A DNA stretch of 64,000 nucleotides, taken from the NCBI GenBank assembly GCA_030295235.1, contig AP026125.1, positions 1,364,001 to 1,428,000 on the forward strand, written 5' to 3'. This document shows positions 12,152 to 25,784 of the stretch, in pieces. The notes under the pieces are model-generated. The model saw only the letters and a list, made by a program, of their open reading frames with translations. It was not told the origin of the DNA and made no database searches. Positions within the stretch are counted from its first letter, which is position 1. Each line of letters opens with the position of its first letter. Position numbers and translations under genes: made by a program. Source of the stretch: Fistulifera solaris (lineage: Eukaryota).

Positions 12152-13234
12152 ATGAGAACATCTGTATATTTTATCAGCTTGGCGACTGTGTTTCCCGCCA
12201 TCATCGGTTTCTCTCCCCTTGTCAAGACTGATCGATCGCAGCATCATGGCCATCGTACCGTTGTAGCTGCTACTAGCGAGCCCACTATTACCGCAACTGT
12301 TACGCCCCTCGGTTCCAATGTTGATTCTACGCTTCAATCCGATGATCTGACAAAACAACGTCGTCGTGTTTCCGTTCTCCTTTGTCCAGCCCAATTTTGC
12401 GTTCCCGATGATTATTCCGACTTTTTCGATCGCTTGTCACTCTTATCGCAGACGGATCCTTCCATGGCCGAAATCGGAACCTGTCGTGTAGCACCATTAC
12501 CGCGGACCGAATGGATCAAGGTGGCCAAGCAGTTACCGACAACCGAGTTCTTTGAGGCGCGGCTCAATGTACCCAAAACGTTGGATTGGTACTTTCAAGC
12601 GATTGAAAAAGGATTGGCGGAAATTTTTGCCCAAGAGGGACCGGATGCGAATATTTGCTTTGTCGGGCATTCCATCGGAGGCTGGGTGGCCCGTGCGTAT
12701 TTGGGAGGAATGAGTGAATCGTCCTCGTCCGTGACCCGTCTGGTGCAGCAGCGGTGCACGTCCTTGATCACCTTGGGAACACCGCACGTGGCCCCCGAAA
12801 CAGCACTGGTGGATCAAACTCGCGGTTTGATTCGATCCATTGATAGTCGACCAGAATGTAGTTCGCCAGCACTGGCCGATCGAGGGATTGCTGTGACATG
12901 TGTCTGTTCGTCCAGCATGAAGGCAAACTTTTTCTCGGTGGACGTGGAAGATATTGTGGCGGCGTCATCGTATCTGCCATTGTTGGGTCGCTTGGATGAG
13001 TCGGTTCGAGGAGATGGGATTGTTCCTTTGGATTTGGCGTTCCTGGAAGAACCAGCTCGACGAGTGATTATTGACCAGTGTCCTTTGACGAACGAGAAAG
13101 TACGACATTCCCATGTCGTTCCCACGCCGTGGAACCTTTGGGATGGTTATGCTTCTTCGATACAATTACCTTCATCGTTTCCATCCTACACATCAGATGG
13201 AGTCGTGTCAATGTGGGCTAAATATATAATATAA
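12152..13234 (+). CDS. Alpha/beta hydrolase (PGAP1-like/lipase), probable plastid targeting
   Basis: GHSIGG nucleophile elbow, LITLGTPH, GDGIVP; signal peptide followed by 'GFSP'. Confidence 0.82.
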   Translation: MRTSVYFISLATVFPAIIGFSPLVKTDRSQHHGHRTVVAATSEPTITATVTPLGSNVDSTLQSDDLTKQRRRVSVLLCPAQFCVPDDYSDFFDRLSLLSQTDPSMAEIGTCRVAPLPRTEWIKVAKQLPTTEFFEARLNVPKTLDWYFQAIEKGLAEIFAQEGPDANICFVGHSIGGWVARAYLGGMSESSSSVTRLVQQRCTSLITLGTPHVAPETALVDQTRGLIRSIDSRPECSSPALADRGIAVTCVCSSSMKANFFSVDVEDIVAASSYLPLLGRLDESVRGDGIVPLDLAFLEEPARRVIIDQCPLTNEKVRHSHVVPTPWNLWDGYASSIQLPSSFPSYTSDGVVSMWAKYII

Positions 13235-13365
13235 GCTCCCGAAATCGAATTGACTCGGTTCCAAACTACGTGTGGTTCGTTGCGTTTTCGTGTTTGGCAT
13301 TATGTTGTACTCGGCATATCTCAGAAATCGGATGGATGGAAAACATATGTTAATAGTTTAGATGA

Positions 13366-14866
13366 TCAATATTCAATGCCAGCTTCCTTTAGTTTCTCTT
13401 CCAAATACTGAATTCGTTCATTTGCTTCGGCCAAACTCTTTTGAGTCTTATCCAGATCTTCCTGAGCTGTCTCCAGACTCTTGGTCTTTTCATCCAAATC
13501 TTTTTGTGCCCCTTCCAATTCTTTCTGTACGGCCGCCGCCGGTTTGAATGTTTTGGTGGGCTTGGAGACGGCGGCCGCGGTCTTGCCTCCATCCTTGGGG
13601 TCCAGCGACATTTTGACCGGCTCCTTGGACGATCCCTCCAGCCACTCCGCGAATGAATGTGATGGCACCGCGGCGGCCGTATCGGGGAAGATATCGTCTT
13701 GGAAGGCGTCCGACTTGCGCGGGACGGTGAAGCTGAGCGGATGCACACCGGTGCTATTCGTTACCTTCAAAATACGCGTTGTTTCACAGTTCATGATTTT
13801 CAATCCACGTTTCGGCACCATGCAATATCCCTTACCCGGAATGTTGGAGCGGAATCCATCGTTTAGCTTGAAAATGAAAGGACTCTTGTCTTCGTATTCA
13901 TACAGACGAACGATACCATCTCCCTTACCGCAAAGGTACAGAACGTTGGTGTCTCCGTCCCAGAGAGGAATCATGGCACCCGCGGCCGTGTCCACAGGTT
14001 CCGTGTGAATCGGCTTGTCAAAGTTTCGGATATCAAAGACTTTGATCTCTCGTGTAGATTGTTTCGACGCACCAAACGAGAAAAGTTTTCCCGAGTCGTT
14101 CGCATACACCACTTTGACACTTTTCGCTCCGTCATGCCCCAACGTCTCGGCGGCCGTTTCCGCCGATCGTGGATCGACGAGTCGAATTTGCTTGTCTTTG
14201 CACGTGACCGCAAACATGTCACCCGTGTAATCCCACACAATGTCGTGAATGATATTGTCACACCCGGAATACTTGCGTGCTTCCGCGCCGGTCTCAACGT
14301 CCCAAATGCGGACCGTGTAGTCGCCACTGCTGCTCATGAGTGAGTTGGCCGCCGTGGGATGGAATCGCAGCAACGTGACCTTTTTTCGGTGGCCGACAAG
14401 ATCGACGACGCTTTCACTGAGTCCTTGTCCGGCTTTCTGTACACCATTCTCGTCGGTGGGTTCCCAAGTCTCCGGAATTTGCCAAATTTTAATTTTGGTG
14501 TCTTCACTGCCGGTGGCCATCATGCTGTCATCAAAGGGATTCCAATCAAAGTCATTGACCGCACCTTCGTGTCCGTGAACATAGGGACCATCGGCGACAT
14601 CGAAACGACCGGGACGGTCGAGTCGATTGACGTAGACAGGGCCACCTCCGCCGGCCATGCCGACGGCAAAGTATTTGGCGGACGCCTTGATATACTGTTG
14701 ATCACCCGTGACGGTCGAGAGACGGAACTCTGTGAATGTTTCCTATAAAGAGTGTGTCAGCGATCGTTCGATAACAAGAAAAAGCTCCATTTCCAGGTGT
14801 ACTCACTTCTACTTTCGGCTGATCGCAGAAAACATGACGATATTTGGACGTGCGGATTTTAAACAT
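13366..14866 (-). CDS. CORO: Coronin (WD40 actin-binding protein)
   Basis: N-terminus MFKIRTSKYRHVF, intron 14743-14806, WD40 repeats, GKGDGIVRLYE, VPRKSDAFQDDIFPDT and a C-terminal coiled coil. Confidence 0.95.
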
Positions 14867-15473
14867 GATGTGAAGATGGGTAAATCAATGAGACACAAGA
14901 AGTTTCTACGTTGTATTCTTCCTTGAATGAATGAATTGCCGAAGTGACTTGTGACTTCGAATGACACGAAACAAGATGGATACTCTGTATCATGAATGTC
15001 TTGTCTCGTTTAGTTCAAAGGACAGCCAAATGGGACGAGATGCCGTTTTTGGAGGGAGTCGGTCATTGTCATGTTGACGAAAATGACCCGTTGGCGTTAC
15101 CTACACTGTTGGATGGAGAGTGAAGCCAAATAAGTATCATCTGTCCGCCGTACGTTCTTTGTTTTAGAACGGACAACGGACTGTCGAATGAGCCGTTGAG
15201 CGAGGCGAGTGCCGTCTTCTTACCTGATCGTATGTCAGAACGGTATTCGATGTACGATGTGGCAATTATGACGTCTGCAAAGAGCGGACGCACAAAACAA
15301 CAGCACAACGACAACAACAAAATTTCGTCCATCACCATCGTCGATTGAGAGGATGATGAAGGCATTTGTTTTCCGACCGTCATCGTATTGTCACCAAATC
15401 TATTTACGTCGTACTCATTGAACGTTAAAACAAAAAGGAGAAAGAGTATTGTTTTCTACCTTCTTTGACAGCA

Positions 15474-16536
15474 ATGAGGCTACAGCTGATAGTATGTGCG
15501 GCCCTGGCTGCGTTCTTTTCGGTCGATGCACTCTCGACGACACATCGTCCGCAAAGACTTTCGACCCAACAAACCTTTCATACGCGCCAATCTCCTCTGT
15601 TTTCGGCAGCCGCGGCGGTAGGATCGGAGGATGTTTCAATCAAAGAAAGCAAATGGGACCGCGTCCGAAGGGAAGGAGGAATCTTTTCGATCCACACCAA
15701 ATACGGTGGTTTGAATCCGTTCGGACTCTGGTACGGTGTCGTGGCGGTCACCCTCGGTATCCCGTGGTACATTGCCATGACAATCTGTCAAATCTTTACA
15801 AATTGACCGGAGAGCGCTTCGATCGACTGCGACGCATTCCAATTTTTATTACACAAATTTGGGGGACGTTGTTGTTGCGATTGACCCATTGTTATCCGAA
15901 GATGGAAGGTTTGGATATTTTACGAAAATTCTACAAAGAGTACGTATTTTTGCTTATAACCTTGCTAGACTGGAGCGAGCGTCTCATGGTGTCTTTCTCA
16001 GGGGTCGTTGTGCCATGTTTGTGGCGAATCACAGCTCATGGATGGACATTCCCTATCTGGGGGCGACCATCGGTTGGAGAAATTACAAGCTCATTAGCAA
16101 AAAGGAACTACAACGCGTCCCCATTCTCGGTAAGGCCATCAAGGTGGGTGGTAATATTCTAGTAGATCGACAGGATCGCAAGTCACAGCTCCTGACGTTG
16201 AAGAAGGGCATTCAATACTTACAAGACGGTGTCCATTTGTGCACGTATCCCGAGGGAACACGCACGCGTACGGGACGACTCATGCCCTTTAAGAATGGTG
16301 CTTTCAAAATGGCACACAAGGCGGGTGCACCGGTCATTCCCATTTCCATTGTTGGTGCCGACAAATCCATGCCCATTCACTGGATGTTCCCTTACCGACC
16401 CGGTCACCCCGTATCACGTGTGGTCGTTCATGAACCCATTGAATCCAAAGGAAAGACGGAAGAGGAGCTGGCGGAGGCGGTTCGTAGTGCTATGATTAGT
16501 GGATTGGACGATTACCAAAAACCACTTGACAAGTAA
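15474..16536 (+). CDS. 1-acyl-sn-glycerol-3-phosphate acyltransferase (LPAAT, plastid type); one apparent frameshift
   Basis: NHSSWMD and YPEGTR acyltransferase motifs, signal peptide, intron 15940-16001. One extra T at 15795-15797 restores the frame. Confidence 0.88.
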
Positions 16537-16696
16537 GACGCATCATTGTCATTCAAGGAGTCTATGAGCAACAACATAATATCGTAGAATTCGCTAAGTC
16601 CTAAAAATAACAGCAGTAGGTTACATAAGAACAATAGTATGGTGCTAGAATGGATTCGTGTGAGCCCGGTTGATTTCTCAAAAACTTCATTGCTAT

Positions 16697-18438
16697 TCAA
16701 GACAAACCACCGTTCACGATATTTGTAATCGAAACGATTACGGTGTATGCCACTGAACCAAAAAGAATACATAAAAAGACGGTACCAATTATGGCACTTC
16801 CGGAATAGGGCATTTTAGATAGCTCTTCGAGCTCTTTTCGTCCATGAGGAAGCAACCCGACAAACAAAATGGGTGAAATTTGAATCAGCGTTGTGAGAAT
16901 TGTGAGATTAAACATGCCATTCAGGTCTCCTTCCTCCAGACGATCTTTGCTAACGTCCCAAATTCCGAGAAGTGAAGAAGAGAGAGCGGGAGCTATCATT
17001 TGCGCGACATTGAATACAGTCCTAAAGCAAGGAATCGCCGGAATCCGTGTGAGGGAACATCAAAGGTTGAAACCAATAAAGAAGCAAGCTTTACAAATAC
17101 GCACGTAAACATGGCATAACTTGCTCCCTCAGAACCCGTAGGACAGAGACTGACCATGACGATCATGGTCGGAAGAAATTGAATTCCCACGATGAATTCG
17201 GCAAAAGCATCATCGCCTAGAGAAAACCAGTAGGGAGGAATACCAAACGTCTTTTGACGGATCAGTAATAATTGCAAACTGCTCAATATGCAGTTGATAC
17301 CAATCGAAACTTGATACAGGCGTCGCCAACTCAAGTGCAAGAAACAGCATTTGTAAGTCAGCGATCCAATGTATAAAAATATGTACGACACAACCAAAAG
17401 AACGTTGAGTTGCGAGGCTCCGAACGACAATCTCGTCGAAAGAAACTGACGCCACGCCGCGTTTGACACCTGAAATAGATTGAATATGTAAATGAATGCC
17501 ATCGGCTGCCAAACGGATCTCCGACAGACCGTTCTCCAGATTTCATTGCATTGTTCTCGGATATGTGGCTGGACCGAAGTGTCTTCGTCCATCAGAGCGA
17601 TCAGCGGAAGCAATAATAGAGGGACCACCATGAGAATTCTCAAAATAGACGCAGGACCGTATGCATTGTACATATAGGTGGAAGTAGTTGCCGCGACCAT
17701 GAGTCCAAAGAAACGGATGACATAGCACGTGGATTGTAATCTTCCGCGCTGCTCCTCCGATTCTATCTTTGCTTTTTGTACAACGACCGAGTCGACCATA
17801 ACATCAGCGCACCACAATCCGGCGCCATAAAGAACAAAAGTAACTCCCAAAAAAGTAAGTGGCGGTTTGTCCTTTTCCGTAGGAGACTGATTTAGGTGAT
17901 AATCGCCCGTTAGATGATAGTCATGAAGAAGCCGAGCCACTACATAAGAGCAAAGTAACCAGCCGAGCACCATGTAAGGTTTCCTTCGAAAACCTGCAAT
18001 CGGAACGTTATCACTCCAAAATCCAAAGACAATTTTGCAGGCTGCCGGCAGCGTCGCGATCTGAGCCAAAGTCGTCTGCTGAGCTTCGGTAGCACCCAAG
18101 TCGAGCGGCCATACGTTCATTAAAGGACGTAACATTCCCTGTAATATCCCCACCACCAAGTAACTTGCAGGGATTGCAATATTCTCGTAGCGGAACAGTT
18201 GTAGGGCTCGAGGAGTATTCAGTGGGAACCAGTAATTTCGCCAGTAGAACAGGAAAACAGGGACGAAACCCTTGGAGGTGGGCGACATCTCACCCTTTTC
18301 ATAACAATCGAAATCCGCTCCATGAGTAACGGGATTTTTCTCTAGTTCGCTGCTATATGTTGAAGAACGTTGAAAGTCCTGTGTTTCCTTTGTCAGATGA
18401 AGAGGCTGTAACTCCCTCGTTCTTGTTTCCAAAGTCAA
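16697..18438 (-). CDS. Folate-biopterin transporter family (BT1, MFS)
   Basis: About 12 TM segments; KIVFGFWSDNVPIAGFRRKPYM, ADVMVDSVVV, RGRLQS, LCPTGSEGASYAMFT; intron 17022-17104. Start codon uncertain. Confidence 0.88.
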
Positions 18439-18877
18439 CCATCATTATTTGATTGCAGAATCTTTGGCGGCCTGTTCGGTTCTTTTATGATGGGTTTCTT
18501 ATCCGTCCTCGGTCTCGCGACTTCAGAACAAATTAAATGATAAGGTAATAGGATGATTGTTGGCACATAAAAATGGTGATGGGTTTACAAGCAGGAGGAG
18601 AGGTAACGTCGAATGAAGTAAATGCGATCGAGTGTCTTCACGGCAACGCATCGAAATAAAGCTTCCTCGGCCACTATAGCCTCAAAGTGTTGGTTCACGG
18701 AGACCACGACTGGACTTTAGTCACGATCAAAATAATAATAGCAGAGGGCAACGCGGATATCGCTTGAATCTTTTACACCATTCATTTTTGTGTATAGGAG
18801 TCCTTTTCTTGAGCCCACTTACTACTTTCTTATCTCAAATTTGAAATGCGGCATCGTTTTCAGCGAACGTTTTGCTT

Positions 18878-18982
18878 AGCTGCCATCTCACCCAGCTGGC
18901 ATCTGACGTAGCTGCCATCTCACCCAGCTGGCATCTGACGTAGCTGCCATCTCACGCAGCTGCCATCTGACGAAGCTGCCAT
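18878..18982. repeat. Minisatellite, 16-bp monomer x6.5 arranged as a 32-bp dimer
   Basis: AGCTGCCATCTCACCC and AGCTGGCATCTGACGT alternate. Confidence 0.92.
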
Positions 18983-19084
18983 AGCTCGTAACCGCCCTCC
19001 TTCAAACCACCGATAATGGAGTATATTTTTTGAAAATAAAAAAAACAGTCTATGTTCGACTGTCTTTGAAAAGATCAGTGATAC

Positions 19085-19140
19085 AACGCTTCCCATGTCT
19101 ACGCGAATTCACGTAGGCCCCGTAGGAATTTTTTCGATAG
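19085..19140. repeat. Degenerate solo copy of the A/B repeat core
   Basis: CAACGCTTCCCATGTCTACGCGAATTCACGTAGGCCCCGTAGGAATTTTTTCGATAG matches the A core of the 6.6-8.8 kb array, including the CTACG...CGTAG hairpin. Confidence 0.75.
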
Positions 19141-19397
19141 GCAAGTAAGCGCACAGTATAGCCAAAGAGTGGTGTGGGTTGTCTTACAGAGACCCAAATG
19201 ACGGATGGATGAACAGACAACGCTGCAATGATTTTTTGCATCACCGATCACCGCAGCCACCACCGACGAGAGGACGACGGAGCGCTTCCGATCACTATGA
19301 TCATTCATTTATCGAGTAATCCATCATTGAAGTCATTTCTCTTCTAAAACAACTACTTCTTTACTGAAAAGCTCATTGTTGTAAGATCTGTGAGAGC

Positions 19398-22300
19398 ATG
19401 ACATCCATCCAAAGCCAGTTCGCGGCGCAGTTGGCGGACTTTTGGAAAGATGACTTTGCTCCCCTGGAAGCGGCCGGCAAAGCCGTTTTGAATTGTCTTC
19501 GTGAAGACGAAGCTGCTCCGGATGCCGATTTGTATCGTCGTATCTCCAACTCTTCTACCGGCGCTCATGCGTACTTTGACGACGATTCTTCGAAAATTGC
19601 GCTGCAGTGGAAACACGTGCAATCCGATCCGCTGCCCGCATTGCTGTCGCAGCAACTGTCGACGGTACAAAGTCACTCGTTGATGGGATTGTTGGCTCCG
19701 GCATCACTGGCGTGGATGAGTGTTGATCACAAACTGTATTTGTGGTCGTTTCAGAGAAATTTGCAAAACGAGTCGTTGCTGTGCTTTGAAATCCCGAGTC
19801 AACAGTGTGTGGTTAGTGTCGGTTTGGTGAAACCCAAAAAAGGTGCGTACGCGAAATCGAATGAATCATTGAAATCTATCGAAGCGATTAGGCGCTCATG
19901 TTCTATTTGCAACCAAAGGTGTCTTTAAGGATGATGTGAAATGGGGAGTCGTAGTCACAACACCCGAAGAGATTTTCTTTTGTGCATTAGTTCAGTGTGA
20001 CGCATCGAACCCCGACGGCGTGGCGTGGCGATTGGTCCCCACCAGCTTTACTTTGCCGACGGATGGAGTGCGCATCTTATCCATTGCGGGTACAGCGTCG
20101 GGTCGCATCTTTTTGGGGGGAGATGATGGGTGTGTGTACGAAATGTCCTATGAAGGGCGGATTCCCGACAAAAACCAATCCAGTGCTCGTGATCTCGAAA
20201 TTTATCTAAATCAGTTTTATGAAAATGGCGAGAAATTACCCAATGTAATTATTACAGACGCGGACGACAGGGTGATTCAAGAGAATGAGGCGAAGCCGCT
20301 CGCTTTTGGGAAACGCGCTTGGAGTGCGATATCCGGTGAAGATGAAGCTTATGAGGAGCAACCACGAAAGGTCCGAAAACTCAATCGCACGTCCGATTCC
20401 TTTCTGCGAGCTATACTTCCTGATTTTATCAGTAATCAAGCGGCGGCTTTGTTCGGCGGGAAGAATGCTACGGGTGGTGGAGGCATTGTGCAGATTGCGG
20501 TGGATGAGGAGCGACAAACGCTCTACACTTTGGGGGTCAAGGGATGGATTTGTGCTTTTGATCTACGATCTCAGTCTTCCAGTGGCGACATTCGGTTGGC
20601 TTCGGTAATGGACACCGTAAAAACGTCTCGATTATATTTGGAAGCGGTGTCACGGGGGCAAGTCGTCCCACCGAATACGTTACATTCTTCTGTGCTGGGG
20701 GCGTTGGTTTTCCCCGGGGGTAGCCAAGCAGCACAAAGCGGTGTAGGAGGTATGGACGGAGCGCGCAATATTTTGAAAATCGCTAATTCTCCAGTGGATA
20801 GGTCCAGTGCAAGTTCATTTGTTGGTGAGAATGTTTTGAAGCCTGTATCCATACAAGTGGTTGCACCATCCGAAAGCTGTCGTGTTACTCTTGTCGCTAT
20901 CACACAAGGGGGCTTGCGACTCTACATATCTTCGTTAGCCCCCAGTGTGTTTAATCACGGAACTGCGTCTGCTTTACAAAGTAATGGAACTGGCAGGACT
21001 ATGTCGAACATACTAGCGCCTCACAGCCGGTTGACTGTTTGCCACATGCGGGCACCGCCTTTGAAAAGCTCCGAAAAAGGAGTTTTGGATACATCTAGTC
21101 CAGTAGAAGGAGCTATTCTGCCACGTTATTCATCGCCTCTCAAAATCAACGCTGCTTGGTATGAAAAGGGAAACTTTGTCGCTGCTGTGGAAGAAAACTA
21201 CTCGGCTTTGAACGGCCAAACGGACCAAAACCCATCGAACAAGCCACAAAGAGGCGACATTATTGTTGCGACTTCTCCTGATGCTTCACGCCATCTCGCT
21301 GCGTCGTCCCGTTTATCCGGTGAGAATGGCACCAAGGAGAATATCGACGATAAAGAGCGTTTTTTAGGCGTCGGCGGAATTAGCGAGGCTGTTTCGTTTC
21401 CGATGTCCATGGCTTTCGGAATTCGAGATAGGGATTCAGTGACACCCGGGGGAGCAATATGGCAAATTGCTTCACTACACGAAGGGCGCTCACCATTATT
21501 CGACTTGCTGCTTCATTCCATGACACCCTCCGAATCGGAGCTTGGTGTAGGACCGCCCCCGCTTTCTATCCGTCTGCAAGGACGGGCAAAACAGGGAACG
21601 ACCCAAATCAGTCTAGTCAGAACTCTTCGACTGATCTTATTGATTCAAAACTTTCGACAACAGCCCTTTCTGTTGTTGGTAGCGTTCTGGCTAAGCTACT
21701 ACTTGCGAGGCCAATTTCGATGAACGGCATGCCAGCCCAAATTGCGTCTACTTCGACCGGCGAAAATGGCATCTCACGAAGAAAACAAAAATGCTATAGA
21801 ATCTCCTCGCATGATGCTTCTAATGGCTTCAGTTCAACTGCAGAAGAAAAATCTGGTGCTGTGAGCAACATTGCAAAGACTGCAGGTAGCCAGTCTCCTC
21901 TTAAATCAGCTAGGTTGCGACCGGGTTTACTTAAACCTCCTCCAGCGGCCTTAAACTTATTCTCGACGCAACATCTGGATTATCGTCCAAGGGAAATTGT
22001 CGCTGTCAATGCTGGCGGACTGCATTACTTTCAATTAGAGGGACATCTACACCAACTTGCCAATGCTATTCTATCTGCTAGAGAGCGAGTGAGGGATGAT
22101 GCTACCGTTTCGAGATTCTTTTCAGGGTTTGGCTACAAGGAAGGTTGTGCCATGTGTATCACCTTGGCGATTGGATGTGTTGAAGTGAGTAATGCGGATT
22201 TAAGGCGTCTTGCGATGGATGCTGCTTTCGCAAGGGCGTTGGCGCCGAGACTCATTCCATCAGAGGAGTTCAATACAAGTAATGGTTCCAGCCGAAGTGT

Positions 22301-24965
22301 TGTTTCAACGGGAACATCCGATCCCATGGTTCCTAAAGGCTTCGAATTTAAACCATCTGCCCTTTGCGAGTCACTGTATTCAACGCTTTCCCGTCTTGTT
22401 CGTCCAGTTTGGAACAAGCCAGTCGTTGTAGTAACGGAGGGGCCTTTAATCAAACGTCAATGGTCGAAGGTGGCTTTGCAGGCTCCGGCTAAAGTCGAAA
22501 TACTGCTCAATGAAACAACACTTGACGAAATCAGTCGTCCTCTTCGAAATTTTCAGTCTGAAGTGCGATCCAGGCTGTCTCGGGCTGTGTCCTCTGTTCC
22601 TGGAAGCGCCCAGCCAAATTCAATGGAAATCGATGCGATGGACGGGTGGTCGGATGACAGCCAATTTTTAACAAGGGCATTACAATACCAGAACCAGTCC
22701 CGCACCATTCAAAATGGGACGGTAACGAACCTTTCTATCGAAGAAGCTGAGAGTATTGCACGGCTAATTGAAGAGAAGAATATCCATTCGTTGTACCGAT
22801 TACTTTCTCGCGTGGTTCAGTTATTAAATCTTCTCAATCTGCTTCGCCGTGCTCAGGTATCGGCTGAACTTCATGAAGTCGATTGGGGTATGCTGCATGG
22901 ATTGACTTTCTGGCAACTTGTTGGCACGTTGGAAGGCCAAGATCGTCTGGAATCTTTGCTCAATGCACTTGTAACTCACTCCGCAGCGGATGATTCAGGC
23001 ACGAAGAGCTTAACTGCTAAAGCTGATGATTTGGTTGATAAGCTAGGATATCAATGCTATCTTTTCTTTTCACCTGGATCGCGATTTGCATACTCTGGGC
23101 TCAGAAAGGCAGCTCAAGCTCTCAACTGCCACCCCGAGTCCGCACTTCGTCGCGAGCTCAAGCAAGCTGCAAAACTCAAATTAAAGCAGGCTGCTCAACA
23201 TTGGCGAAGTGCAACCCTCGTCACAGGTCACGCAATTCATACGAAAGAGAAAGAGAGCTACAAAGAGATTGCCCAACGTGCTATACAGTACGGCAGTCCT
23301 CTTGCTATGGCCGTTGCCAAACTTATACAATTGGATGATGTCGACACAGCCGTCGATGTGTGTCTTAGTGTTGCTTCGAATTTTCGTAGAATGAGTGGAG
23401 GCAGAGATACGACTGGTTTTGAACTTCATTCACAAACGACTGATCAACTTGGTTGGGAACACAATCTTTACCATAAGCGACCTGATCAAGTCGAGAGCGG
23501 CGTGGGCCAAAGCACTAGCTTTAAAGGAGCTCGTCATACCGCTGCTTATGGAACAGATGTCAGCTCTGAAGATGTTGTGGCGACGTGCTATGCCTTAATT
23601 TTCTACCACCTATCATTTCTTTTGAAATCGCCGCAACAGCTGCTGTCTCGTTCAATGCTTGAGGTGTGCTCCTCGTCTACAGATAGCAATTTTTTGGAGG
23701 CTTTCTACTCATACATGTTGGAAAGTGGCAATGAAGATACTCTGCTAAGAATTATTAGCCCGCATCTGGAAGAGTGGCTTAGAAAGAAGGAGGATCAGGA
23801 TTTGCTCTGGCGCTACTTCAGTATCCAAGGGCGGCAACTTGAGGCAGGTCAAGAATTATTCTTAAGAGGATGCGCTAAAGACACGAAAATTCCCTTGAGC
23901 ACCAGGATCGAGTATCTATCAAAAGCCTTAAGTGCGTTACGCATAGCGATGAAGGACGCCCATGGAGTGGGCGAGATTGGTCACAAGGTAGATGAAGTCG
24001 ACGAATCTCTTCAAGTCGCACGCATTCAGAGTCAAATCTTACAGGCCATCGAGTCGAATACGAGTGATTGGCGTTCCGAGATATCAGAGGAGAAAATTGA
24101 CGCGCTAAAATTCAGCCTGGTAAATGTCTCAGATCTTTACAATGACTACGCGGTAGCGTTGGAGCTCTATGAAAGCTGTTTGCAGATCCGTCACATTTGC
24201 CGACACGATGACCCCGACGCTACTCGCTTTTTGTGGAAGCACATTATATGTAAAGAGTTTCTCCCGTGTGCCACGCGTAGTGACGACAACTGTCAATTCC
24301 TCAAGGGCTGGGTGGCGGAAATCGGGCGAGATGCTGAGGTTGTCCCTCTCTCAATTGTGAATAACGGCGGCGGGACCAGCTTTTGTGTATTTGAAAATGG
24401 TGATTGGATCAAGTCAGTCGAAGACAAAGTTGTTGCCTTAGGACAACAGCTATACGGAAAAGGAAGAGACTATGTCGCTCCGCCGAAATTACTCTTGTCG
24501 TACTTGGATGGTAGGTAATATTCATCTTCCTTCATATCGCTTTTCCAAACAACTGGCACTCACTTTCTCTCCGAAACAGAACTGTGCGGTGCGTTACCCG
24601 GTATTCTTCGTCCGGAATGGCCCCTAATTATTTTGGCTCGAATTGGAGTCCCTTATCTAAGTATCTTGGACACCTTCGAAACATTGAACCGTTATGAAAT
24701 TCACGGTTTTGTAAGGGAGCAGGATGACGAGAGATGGAAAAGAGAAATGCACGCTATCATCGAGCTTTTGCGACATTGGGTTGCTTCCGCGCGTTCATCA
24801 GCGAGAGACAGCAAAGCTTGGCAAGAACTTTCCCGTTCCGTGACCTCTGGGAAGCTCATGCCCAAAATTGACGACCTCCGGGTCCAACTTGAAACCCATT
24901 CCAACACAGCCGCTCTGCAAGAAAGTATCCGTGTTATTATGCACGAAATCCAAAGTATAGCGTAA
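19398..24965 (+). CDS. NUP155: Nucleoporin Nup155/Nup170; one apparent frameshift
   Basis: WMSVDHKLYLW, VGLVKPKKGVF, GRIFLGGDDGCVYEMSY, IAVDEERQTLYTL, LSTRIEYLSKA, SDLYNDYA. Introns 19843-19918 and 24511-24579. Frameshift at C-run 21556-21560. Confidence 0.92.
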
Positions 24966-25784
24966 AAGTTTGACGACTAGCCTTATGCTTTTTTCTCTTC
25001 TTAGTTTTGTGGATATTTGTCGAGTGCATCGAAGTTCCTTTGCTTCTTCCTCTTCGCACAACAAGAGGCACGCCTTACAACGAATAGTGTCTTGTCATGT
25101 AAGAAAAACCAAACACTTATACGAAGCTCTTATCTTTTCATTACCTGGTACATCATGTAGTTGCCGTGACTGCTGGATCGGTCGATGAGTTGATTGACTT
25201 CAATTGAAACTCGAGTAAACGCATGCGAAAACGTGGATGAAAAGGGCCTCAAGGTTTCGACTAGTCCGTCCTTGGGCCACAAAACGGGATGGAATGCAGC
25301 ATAGTCGTCGTAGGTTGGAAATGCAAGTAGTCTCGTAAAGTCGGGTTGAGGTCCGAGTTTAGGTGTGATGCTAGCTTGCGCTCGTGCGCCAAATGCGCTC
25401 TTAAGCAAGCAGCATCGGTAGCGCATCTCCATTAGTCAGCCTCGTCGTGAACAATTCGTTTCAAATACCGGATTTCGCCAAGCGTCTGAATTTCACAATA
25501 GTGGGTGCCGCGGCACAATTGGAACAACTTCCCCCGTTTTGATACGTTCCGTGGCTCTCTGGGACCTCGTGGACGGAGTTAATGACGGATGGAAAAGATC
25601 GCATCATCGGCAGCAGTGCAAATCCATTTCAAGAATCGATGAACGACAATATCCAGAAATTCATTGAAATCTTATCACAATACTCAAATGGTAACTGTCG
25701 CTATTAGCATAGAACAGGCTTGTTATATTATAGCGGGAGAGAAAACACATCCCATGGTCAACGACGTTTGCTGTATTCTAAAAC

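Noticed and set aside
19398..24965. Nup155 and other frameshifted genes as pseudogenes
   Set aside because: Each has only one or two homopolymer-associated breaks, intact motifs and no scattered in-frame stops.
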